Made by a program: the position numbers and the translations under genes. Positions 10,155 through 17,113 of a stretch of DNA of 17,113 bases are shown piece after piece; position 1 is the first letter of the stretch; each line of letters starts with the position of its first letter. Source of the DNA: an uncultured Candidatus Methylacidiphilales bacterium (GTDB lineage Bacteria; Verrucomicrobiota; Verrucomicrobiia; Methylacidiphilales; CALFVM01); NCBI GenBank assembly GCA_937928665.1, contig CALFVM010000270.1, forward strand, positions 1 through 17,113. Reading direction: 5' to 3'. The notes under the pieces are model-generated. The model was not told the origin of the DNA, did no database searches, and saw only the letters and a list, made by a program, of their open reading frames with translations.

Positions 10155-12140
10155 ATGTCACTGCTCGATCTCTTCAACCTCGCCATGATCGCCGCCGGCA
10201 TCATCGTTGCCCTCGTCGTCCTCTTTGTCATCGTCCGCCTTCTCTTCGCCTACGGCTTCCGCAAGGTCGATCAGGGCCAGGCTCTCGTCCGTAACGGCGT
10301 CGGTGGCACCCAGGTCTCCTTCTCCGGCATGGCCTTCTTCCCCGCTTTCCACGTCCTTGAAATCATGGATATCTCCGTCAAACGCGTCGAAATCGACCGC
10401 GGCGGAGCCACCGGCCTGATCTGCCGTGACAACCTCCGCGCCGACATCAAAGTCGCCTTCTTCGTCCGCGTCAACAACACCACCGAAGACGTCAAGCGTG
10501 TCGCCCAAACCATCGGCTGCGCCCGCGCCTCCGACATCAAAGCACTCGTCGAGCTCTTCGACGCCAAATTCTCCGAAGCCCTCAAAACCGTCGGCCGCCG
10601 CTTCGACTTCGTTGACCTCTATAACTCCCGCGAAAAGTTCAAAGAAGAACTCCTCCAAATCATCGGCACCGATCTCAACGGCTACACCCTGGACGACGCC
10701 GCCATCGATTACCTTGAACAAACCAAAATCGAACTCCTCGATCCCGAAAACATCCTCGATTCTGAGGGGATCAAGAAAATCACCGATCAGACCGCCCAAC
10801 AAAAAATCCTGACCAACCAAATCAACTGCGACCGGGAAAAAACCATTACCCAGCAGAACGTCGAAGCCCGCGAAGCCGTGCTTGAACTCGAGCGCCAGCT
10901 CGCCGAGGCCGAACAAAAACAACAGCGCGAAATCGCCGCCATCAAGGCCCGCGAAGAAGCCGAAACCGCCAAGGTCCAGCAGGAAGAACGCCTCAAATCC
11001 GAACGCGCCCGCCTCATCACCGAGGAAGAGGTCAAAGTCGCCGAAGAAAACCTCCAGCGCCAGGTCATCGTCGCCCTCCGCAACAAGGAGCGGACCGACG
11101 CGGTCGAAAAAGAACGGGTCGAAAAAGACCGCCTCCTCGAGGTCAACGAGCGCGAGCGCATCGTCACCCTCGCCGAAATCGAAAAAGAAAAAGCCATCGA
11201 GACCGAGCGCAAAGAAATCCAGGAAGTCATCCGCGACCGCGTCATGGTCCAGAAAACCGTCGTGGCTGAACAGGAACGGATCAAAGACACCGAAGCCTTT
11301 GCGGAGGCCGACCGTATCCGCCGCGTCAAAATCACCCAGGCCGAAGCCGAGGCCGATGCCCTCCTCGTCCAGGAAATCAAAGCCGCTGAAGCCGCCAAAA
11401 AAGCCGCCGAACTCAAAGCCCAACAAGAAATCATCGAGGCCGAGGCCCACAAAGACGCCGCCACCCTCGCCGCCGAAGGTAAAAAACAACTCGCCGAAGG
11501 CGTCACTGCCGAGACCGCTGCCCCCGGCCTAGCCGAAGCCCACGTCCTCGAAGCCAAAGCCCAAGCCGTCCGCGAGCAGGGCACCGCCGAGGCCGACGTC
11601 CTCCGCGCCAAAGCCGCGGCCGAAGCCGAGGGCATCACCGCCAAGGCCGAAGCCATGAAACTGTTCGACGGCGTCGGGCGCGAACATGAAGAGTTCAAAC
11701 TCAAGCTCAACGTCGAGCGCGACCTCCGCCTCGCCGAAATCCACATCCGCAAAGACATCGCCGAACAGCAGGCCGCCGTCCTCGGCGAAGCCCTCCAAAG
11801 CGCCAAGATCGAAATCATCGGCGGTGAACACCAGTTCTTCGACCGGATCGCCAACGCCGTGGGCACCGGCAAAACCGTCGACCGCCTCTTCGACCACAGC
11901 GGCATCCTCTCCTCCGTCCATGAGACCTTCTTCAACGAAGATCCCGACGCCTTCAAAACCCAGCTCCGCCGCCTCGTCGATCAATTTGGCCTGGCCAGTG
12001 AAGACCTCAAAAACCTCTCCATCGCCGGAGCCATCGGCCAGCTCCTCGCCCGCTCCACTGACGAATCCCAGCGCACCCAGCTCCGGCACCTCTCCGCCCT
12101 CGGCCAAAAACTCGGACTTCTCCAGCAGCCCGCCGCCTAA
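10155..12140 (+). CDS. Flotillin-like SPFH/band-7 domain membrane protein (YqiK/FloT-like)
   Basis: N-terminal TM helix (MIAAGIIVALVVLFVIVRLLF) and an SPFH-like domain (KVDQGQALVRNGVGG...FFPAFHVLEIMDISVKRVEI...IKVAFFVRV). A ~300-aa Glu/Ala/Lys/Arg-rich coiled coil with EA repeats and a C-terminal globular tail follow. This is the flotillin architecture. Confidence 0.85.
   Translation: MSLLDLFNLAMIAAGIIVALVVLFVIVRLLFAYGFRKVDQGQALVRNGVGGTQVSFSGMAFFPAFHVLEIMDISVKRVEIDRGGATGLICRDNLRADIKVAFFVRVNNTTEDVKRVAQTIGCARASDIKALVELFDAKFSEALKTVGRRFDFVDLYNSREKFKEELLQIIGTDLNGYTLDDAAIDYLEQTKIELLDPENILDSEGIKKITDQTAQQKILTNQINCDREKTITQQNVEAREAVLELERQLAEAEQKQQREIAAIKAREEAETAKVQQEERLKSERARLITEEEVKVAEENLQRQVIVALRNKERTDAVEKERVEKDRLLEVNERERIVTLAEIEKEKAIETERKEIQEVIRDRVMVQKTVVAEQERIKDTEAFAEADRIRRVKITQAEAEADALLVQEIKAAEAAKKAAELKAQQEIIEAEAHKDAATLAAEGKKQLAEGVTAETAAPGLAEAHVLEAKAQAVREQGTAEADVLRAKAAAEAEGITAKAEAMKLFDGVGREHEEFKLKLNVERDLRLAEIHIRKDIAEQQAAVLGEALQSAKIEIIGGEHQFFDRIANAVGTGKTVDRLFDHSGILSSVHETFFNEDPDAFKTQLRRLVDQFGLASEDLKNLSIAGAIGQLLARSTDESQRTQLRHLSALGQKLGLLQQPAA
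11290..11680 (+). repeat. Low-complexity codon repeats (gcc-gaa-gcc / gcc-gag-gcc) encoding the flotillin Glu/Ala-rich coiled coil
   Basis: Short degenerate tandem repeats of gccgaagcc/gccgaggcc, visible in phrases like AEAEADALLVQEIKAAEAAKKAAELKAQQEIIEAEAH and LEAKAQAVREQGTAEADVLRAKAAAEAEGITAKAEA. It lies inside the CDS and is not a mobile or CRISPR repeat. Confidence 0.5.
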
Positions 12141-12155
12141 GCCGGCCCCCACGCC

Positions 12156-15100
12156 ATGGCCCAGGCGCTCGAAGTCGGCACCTACGAAATCATCCGCGAT
12201 CGGCTCAAAGCCCGCGCGGTTGAACTCCGCGACCGGCTCAAACAACTCAACGCCGCCCGCAAAGAAACTTTCGGCACCCTCGAGTTCAAGCTCCAGCACA
12301 GCGATCGCGTCACTACCGAACACAACTGCACCCCGCGCGACATCGTCGCCCTCGGCTCCGACACCTTCCTCTTTGGCTACAACGTCCAGTTCGGACTCAA
12401 AACCGAAACCGACCTCAGCGACGTCTTCGCCCTTTACGCTTACCAGGACGGCGCCTTCCACCCGCTCCCTCTCGACCTTCTCCGCTCCAACGAGTTCGAA
12501 TCCGACTTCAAAAACCTCTACAAATATTACCGCCACACCACCCTTTCCAAATTCCGCCTCGACGGGCCCCACCTCTACATGGCCTTCCAGGTCGGCAAAT
12601 CCGTCGATGACCTCAAAACGTTTAAGTGGCTCCTCGCCGATGGCCAGCTCACCTACCTCGGCAACCGCTTCGATCACGAGTTCAAGTTCCCGCCCCTCTA
12701 CCAGTTCGACTGGAAACGGGCCACCCGCGACAGCTTCCGCTCCGGCAAACACCCCCACGTCTCGATCGAAGATCAAGTCTTCATCGATACCCTCGGCGGC
12801 ACCCTCACCATCAAAGCCGAGGACAACACCGCCTCGGGCACCGGCCTTTACCAAGAACCCGTCGACAACAAAGACCAGACCCTTGACGACGCTGAAATCT
12901 TCTACGCCCGGCTCGGTCACCTCACCGTCCTGAAAGTCAAACCCTACCAGGAACGCAACTACCGCTATTTCATCTACAACCGTAAAGCGGCTCACGCCGT
13001 CCGCCTCGACGCCCTCGGCTGGTCCTGCGCCCTCCTACCCGAAGATCAGGGCCTTATCTTCCCCGGCGGCTACTACCTCGCCACCGGCGATTACAAACTC
13101 TTCGACGGCGACTTTGCCGACATGATCTTCTCCCGACGCATCGACGCCCCTAATGGCGAGGACTCCCTCTACGTCTTCTATCACCGCGCCACCGGCACCT
13201 ACGCCCACCTCTCCTACAACCGCATCACCCAGACAACCGCCTCACCCCACTTCTGCAACGGCTACGCCCTCTTCCCCTCCGGTCGCATGTTCCTCTTTCG
13301 TGCCGAGCGCGAACCCCAGAAACATCACACCCTCCAAATCTGGCAAACCCCCTACCTCGGTCGCAACGTCGTTCTCGAACCCAAAACCGATTCCTTCCTC
13401 GCCAAACTCGGCAATAGCACCGTCGTCTCCGCCCTCGCCGAAGCCAACGAAATCCTCCACCTCCTCGAACGCGACGACATCTACGACGAACTCTACCTTG
13501 ACCTCGTCCGCCGCACCACCGCCGTCTCCGACGCCTACTTCTGGCTCGGTGATCCCGCCGCCTTCGGCCTCAAGGAAACCCTCCTCGACATCAAGACCGC
13601 CGCCGGAAACGCCCTCGACGAATTCGCCAAAGTCCGCGCCATCCAAAAATCGACCGCCGCCGACATCGATGCCGCCGCCACCGACACCGAAACCGCCCTC
13701 CGCGCCATCGTCCCCCATAACCTCACCGCCATCGACCACTTCGTCGCCCACCTCGCCTCTCTCCGCGGCCTCCGCGGCCGTCTCATCTCCCTCAAAGAGC
13801 TCCGCTACGCCGACCTCCCCCGCATCGAAACCCTCGAACAACGGGTCACCGAAAAAACCGCCGACCTCTCCAATCAAACCGTCGCCTTCCTCCTCGAACC
13901 CGGCGCCCTCGGCCCCTACGAAGAACGCATCGCCGCCGCTCGCGATGCCGTCCCCGCCCTCGCCAAAGCCGCCGATGCCAACGCCCTCGAGGCCGAAATC
14001 GACAACGCCGGGCAGCAACTCGAACTCCTGATCGAAATCGTTTCCAGCCTCAAAATCGATGATTCCACCCAGACCACCCGCATCATCGAAGCCATCTCCG
14101 CCCTCTACGGCACCCTCAACCAAGTCCGCGCCGCCATCAAAAACAAAAAGCGCGATCTTCAGGGCACCGAAAGTGCCGCCCAGTTCGCCGCCCAGGTCAA
14201 ACTTCTCGAACAATCCGCCACCAACTTCCTCGACCTCGCCGATTCCCCCGCCAAATGCGATGAGTTCCTCAGCCGCCTCACCCTTCAGCTCGAGGAACTC
14301 GAAGGCCGTTACACCGACTTCGACGACTACCTCGCCGCCCTCACCGAGAAACGCCAGGAAATCTACTCCGCCTTCGAAGCCCGCAAAGTCCAGCTCCAGG
14401 AAGCCCGCGGCCGCCGCGCCGCCACCCTCGCCGCCTCCGCCGAACGACTCCTCACCACCATCCGTTCCCGCGTCGATACCCTTAAAACCCTCGACGAAAT
14501 CAACGGCTACCTCGCCGCCGACCTCATGGTCGCCAAGGTTCGCGACACCATCGCCCAACTCCTTGACATGGGCGAATCGGTCAAAGCCGACGAACTCCAG
14601 AGCCGTCTCAAAACCCTCCAACAAGACGCCGTCCGCCAGCTCAAAGATCGCCTCGACCTCTTCACCGACGGCGGCAACGTCATCCGACTCGGTGCCTACA
14701 ACTTCACCGTCAACACCCAGCCCCTCGACCTCACCGTCGTCCCCCGAGACGACACCCTCGCACTCCACATCTCCGGCACCAACTTCTTCGAACCTCTCGC
14801 CGACCCCGCCCTCACCACCCTGCGCGACGTCTGGGACCTCGAATTCCCCTCCGAATCCCCCGACGTCTATCGCGCCGAGTTCCTCGCCTTCACCCTCCTC
14901 AACGCCCTCCAAGCGGACGGCCAACTCCCCACCGCCCTCCGCTGGACCGACCCCGAACGGCTCGAAGCCGTCCGCACCTTCATGGCGCCCCGCTACCGGG
15001 AAGGCTACGTCAAAGGTGTCCACGACGCCGATGCCGCCCTCCTCCTCGGCGCCCTCCTCCGTCTCCACCACGACCTCGACACCCTCCGCTTCCCACCCGC

Positions 15101-17113
15101 CGTCCGCGCCCTCGCCCGTCTCGCCTGGGCCTCCGCGCCTCCTGCACGGCGCGACCCCCTCGCCACCCGCCTGACCAACCTCGCCCAGGCCCAAACCGCC
15201 TTTCCCAACGCCCGTCCGGCCCCCGCGCTGGTGGCCGACCTTGAAACCCTCACTACCCACGCTCTGCCCCTCATCGCCCAGTTCACCCCCGACATCTCCC
15301 CCGCCCACGCCGCCGCCTATCTCCTCGCTGAACTCTCCACCCGCCCCCACCTCCTCATCAGCCAGGAAGCCCTCGACCTCGCCACCTCCTTCACCGCATC
15401 CCTCAAAAAGAAACGCGCTTGGGACGACCTCCAGACCGCCCGGCGCAAACTTCAGAAAGAACCCGCCTCCGCCCTCGCCCTGCTTTATCCGTGGCTCGAA
15501 GCCCATCATCGGGAAGAACATCCCGATCTCCCGGCAGACTTCCTCCTGGAAGCCGCTGCCCTCCTCCACCTGGACGCCCTCGATCCCGCCTACCTCCACA
15601 ACGCTTCCCGCACCGCCACCCTCAACGACCTCCACGGCACCCATCCTTGCCTGGCCGAAAAACCCTACCGCCTCGACTACCACGCCTTCATCCAACGGCT
15701 CGCCCGGCACCGGGACGAGCTCGTGCCCCGCTTTGAACAATGCGTCCGAGCCAAACACCATGCCCTCGAACAACGGCGCCGAGACCTCCGCCTCGACGGC
15801 TTCAAACCCAAAGTCCTCACCTCCTTCGTCCGCAGCCGTCTCATCGACGAAATCTATCTCCCCCTCGTCGGTGCCAACCTCGCCAAACAAATCGGCGTCG
15901 CCGGTGAAAACAAACGGACCGACCGCTCTGGCCTCCTCCTCCTCATCTCACCCCCCGGCTACGGCAAAACCACCCTCATCGAATACGTCGCCCACCGCCT
16001 CGGCCTCGTCTTCATGAAAATCAACGGGCCTGCCCTTGGCCAAAAGGTCACCTCCCTCGACCCCGCCGACGCTCCCAACGCCGCCGCCCGCGAAGAAATC
16101 ATCAAGCTCAACCTCGCCCTCGAAATGGGGGACAACGTCCTCATCTGCATCGACGACATCCAGCACTGTTCCTCCGAGTTCCTCCAAAAGTTCATCTCCC
16201 TCTGCGACGCCCAGCGCCGCATCGAAGGCGTCTGGAACGGCCAGCCGCGCTCCCACGACCTCCGCGGCCGCAAAGTCGCCGTCGTTATGGCCGGCAACCC
16301 CTACACCGAAACCGGCGACAAATTCAACCTCCCCGACATGCTCGCCAACCGCGCCGACACCTACAATCTCGGCGACATCGTCGGCACTAACGCCTCCGCC
16401 TTCGAACAGAGCTACCTCGAAAACTGCATCACCTCCAACCCCGTCCTCCAACGACTCGCCGCTCGCGGCTCCGCTGACGTCCGCGCCGTCATCCGCATCG
16501 CCGAAACCGGCTCCCGCGACGGAGCTCGCTTCGAGGGCAACTACTCCCCCGAAGAACTCAACGAGATGGTCGCCGTCATGACCCACCTCGTCGCCGTCCG
16601 CACCATCCTCCTCCGCGTCAACCGCGAATACATCCACTCCGCCGCCCAGACCGACGCGTTCCGCACCGAGCCCCCCTTCAAACTCCAGGGCTCCTACCGC
16701 ACCATGAACCGGCTGGCCGAAAAAATCCTCCCCGTCATGACCCCGCAGGAAGTCGAGGCCCTCCTCCTCGACCAGTACAAAAACGAAGCCCAAACCCTTG
16801 CCACCGGTGCCGAGGCTAACCTCCTCAAACTCCGCGAACTCCTCGGCCTCCTCACCCCAGACGAAGCCGCCCGCTGGGACGACATCAAAAAGAAGTTTCA
16901 ACGCAACCAACTCCTCGGCGGTGCCGGAGAAAACGATCCCGTCGGCAAAGTCGTCGGCCAGCTCGCCCTCTTCCACGAAAGCCTTGAACACCTCCGCGGC
17001 ACCCTCGCCCACGGCTTTGCCCATGCCGCCGAAGCCAACGCCAAAACCGCCGTCACCCTCCCCGCAACTCCCGCCCCAAGCCCCCCATCGGCCACCGCTC
17101 CAACACCCGCCCC
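12156..17113 (+). CDS. Giant multidomain protein (at least 1652 aa, 3' end beyond the window): ~1250-aa N-terminal region of unknown function plus a C-terminal AAA_5/MoxR-like P-loop ATPase core
   Basis: ATG at 12156, 15 nt after the flotillin stop and in the same frame. Manual translation (MAQALEVGTYEIIRDRLKARAVELRDRLKQL...) hits no stop in this frame to the window end, consistent with its absence from the ORF track. Walker A LLLLISPPGYGKTTL is at ~15949-15975, Walker B NVLICIDDIQ at ~16138-16158 and sensor 1 VAVVMAGNPYTE at ~16281-16301 (AAA_5/MoxR/McrB style). The C-terminal Pro/Ala-rich linker (PATPAPSPPSATAPTPA) runs to the window end. The uniform C-ending codon bias matches the flanking genes. 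Confidence 0.75.
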   Translation, partial: MAQALEVGTYEIIRDRLKARAVELRDRLKQLNAARKETFGTLEFKLQHSDRVTTEHNCTPRDIVALGSDTFLFGYNVQFGLKTETDLSDVFALYAYQDGAFHPLPLDLLRSNEFESDFKNLYKYYRHTTLSKFRLDGPHLYMAFQVGKSVDDLKTFKWLLADGQLTYLGNRFDHEFKFPPLYQFDWKRATRDSFRSGKHPHVSIEDQVFIDTLGGTLTIKAEDNTASGTGLYQEPVDNKDQTLDDAEIFYARLGHLTVLKVKPYQERNYRYFIYNRKAAHAVRLDALGWSCALLPEDQGLIFPGGYYLATGDYKLFDGDFADMIFSRRIDAPNGEDSLYVFYHRATGTYAHLSYNRITQTTASPHFCNGYALFPSGRMFLFRAEREPQKHHTLQIWQTPYLGRNVVLEPKTDSFLAKLGNSTVVSALAEANEILHLLERDDIYDELYLDLVRRTTAVSDAYFWLGDPAAFGLKETLLDIKTAAGNALDEFAKVRAIQKSTAADIDAAATDTETALRAIVPHNLTAIDHFVAHLASLRGLRGRLISLKELRYADLPRIETLEQRVTEKTADLSNQTVAFLLEPGALGPYEERIAAARDAVPALAKAADANALEAEIDNAGQQLELLIEIVSSLKIDDSTQTTRIIEAISALYGTLNQVRAAIKNKKRDLQGTESAAQFAAQVKLLEQSATNFLDLADSPAKCDEFLSRLTLQLEELEGRYTDFDDYLAALTEKRQEIYSAFEARKVQLQEARGRRAATLAASAERLLTTIRSRVDTLKTLDEINGYLAADLMVAKVRDTIAQLLDMGESVKADELQSRLKTLQQDAVRQLKDRLDLFTDGGNVIRLGAYNFTVNTQPLDLTVVPRDDTLALHISGTNFFEPLADPALTTLRDVWDLEFPSESPDVYRAEFLAFTLLNALQADGQLPTALRWTDPERLEAVRTFMAPRYREGYVKGVHDADAALLLGALLRLHHDLDTLRFPPAVRALARLAWASAPPARRDPLATRLTNLAQAQTAFPNARPAPALVADLETLTTHALPLIAQFTPDISPAHAAAYLLAELSTRPHLLISQEALDLATSFTASLKKKRAWDDLQTARRKLQKEPASALALLYPWLEAHHREEHPDLPADFLLEAAALLHLDALDPAYLHNASRTATLNDLHGTHPCLAEKPYRLDYHAFIQRLARHRDELVPRFEQCVRAKHHALEQRRRDLRLDGFKPKVLTSFVRSRLIDEIYLPLVGANLAKQIGVAGENKRTDRSGLLLLISPPGYGKTTLIEYVAHRLGLVFMKINGPALGQKVTSLDPADAPNAAAREEIIKLNLALEMGDNVLICIDDIQHCSSEFLQKFISLCDAQRRIEGVWNGQPRSHDLRGRKVAVVMAGNPYTETGDKFNLPDMLANRADTYNLGDIVGTNASAFEQSYLENCITSNPVLQRLAARGSADVRAVIRIAETGSRDGARFEGNYSPEELNEMVAVMTHLVAVRTILLRVNREYIHSAAQTDAFRTEPPFKLQGSYRTMNRLAEKILPVMTPQEVEALLLDQYKNEAQTLATGAEANLLKLRELLGLLTPDEAARWDDIKKKFQRNQLLGGAGENDPVGKVVGQLALFHESLEHLRGTLAHGFAHAAEANAKTAVTLPATPAPSPPSATAPTPA

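Noticed and set aside
13242-15890. 882-aa minus-strand ORF (MFGEVGTDEGEIDFVDE...), plus the similar Gly/Glu/Asp/Val/Ala-rich minus ORFs at 10158-11489, 10787-11956, 11529-12995, 15948-17024 and 8754-10034
   Set aside because: Their composition is extremely low-complexity (G/E/D/V/A). That is exactly what the antisense of a C-ending-codon-biased plus-strand gene produces (GAG/GGC/GAC/GTC from ctc/gcc/gtc/gac). They fully overlap plus-strand genes that have real domain signatures (ClC, SPFH, AAA+).
13153-16581. Plus-strand Ser/Pro/Thr/Ala-rich ORFs (13153-14031, 14059-15174, 15241-16017, 16036-16581; also 10882-11532, 11686-12933, 8960-10066, 9466-9906)
   Set aside because: These are off-frame (+1/+2) readings of the real frame-0 genes. 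The same C-rich codon bias yields stop-free Pro/Ser/Thr/Arg-rich phantom frames. They carry no motifs and overlap better-supported CDSs.

Overview
High-GC (about 60-65%) bacterial chromosomal window. I cannot assign a phylum, though the scarcity of Shine-Dalgarno sequences and the gene content are compatible with a PVC-type or similar Gram-negative bacterium. The left half is entirely on the minus strand. It holds the 3' part of a DUF4340-like gene and a GldG/GldF/GldA-like ABC-2 transporter operon (auxiliary component, permease, ATPase). Next come thiC preceded by a clear TPP (THI-box) riboswitch, two small hypothetical genes (one with a signal peptide) and a gene for a STAS-domain fusion protein. 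A compact divergent intergenic region then flips the window to the plus strand. That half holds a ClC-type chloride channel/antiporter and an SPFH/flotillin-like protein with a long Glu/Ala-rich coiled coil. Fifteen nucleotides after the flotillin stop, in the same reading frame, a giant ORF begins. It runs at least 1652 codons with no stop to the window edge. Its first ~1250 residues have no motif I recognise; it then carries an AAA_5/MoxR-like P-loop ATPase core and ends in a Pro/Ala-rich linker, so more domains probably lie downstream. The plus-strand block has a much more extreme C-ending codon preference than the left half. That preference generates the long Ser/Pro/Thr-rich off-frame and Gly/Glu/Asp-rich antisense ORFs in the six-frame track; these are artefacts. 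The flotillin plus giant AAA+ ATPase pair, possibly co-transcribed with the ClC channel, is the best candidate for an undescribed system here. I found no tRNA, rRNA, CRISPR array or mobile element.
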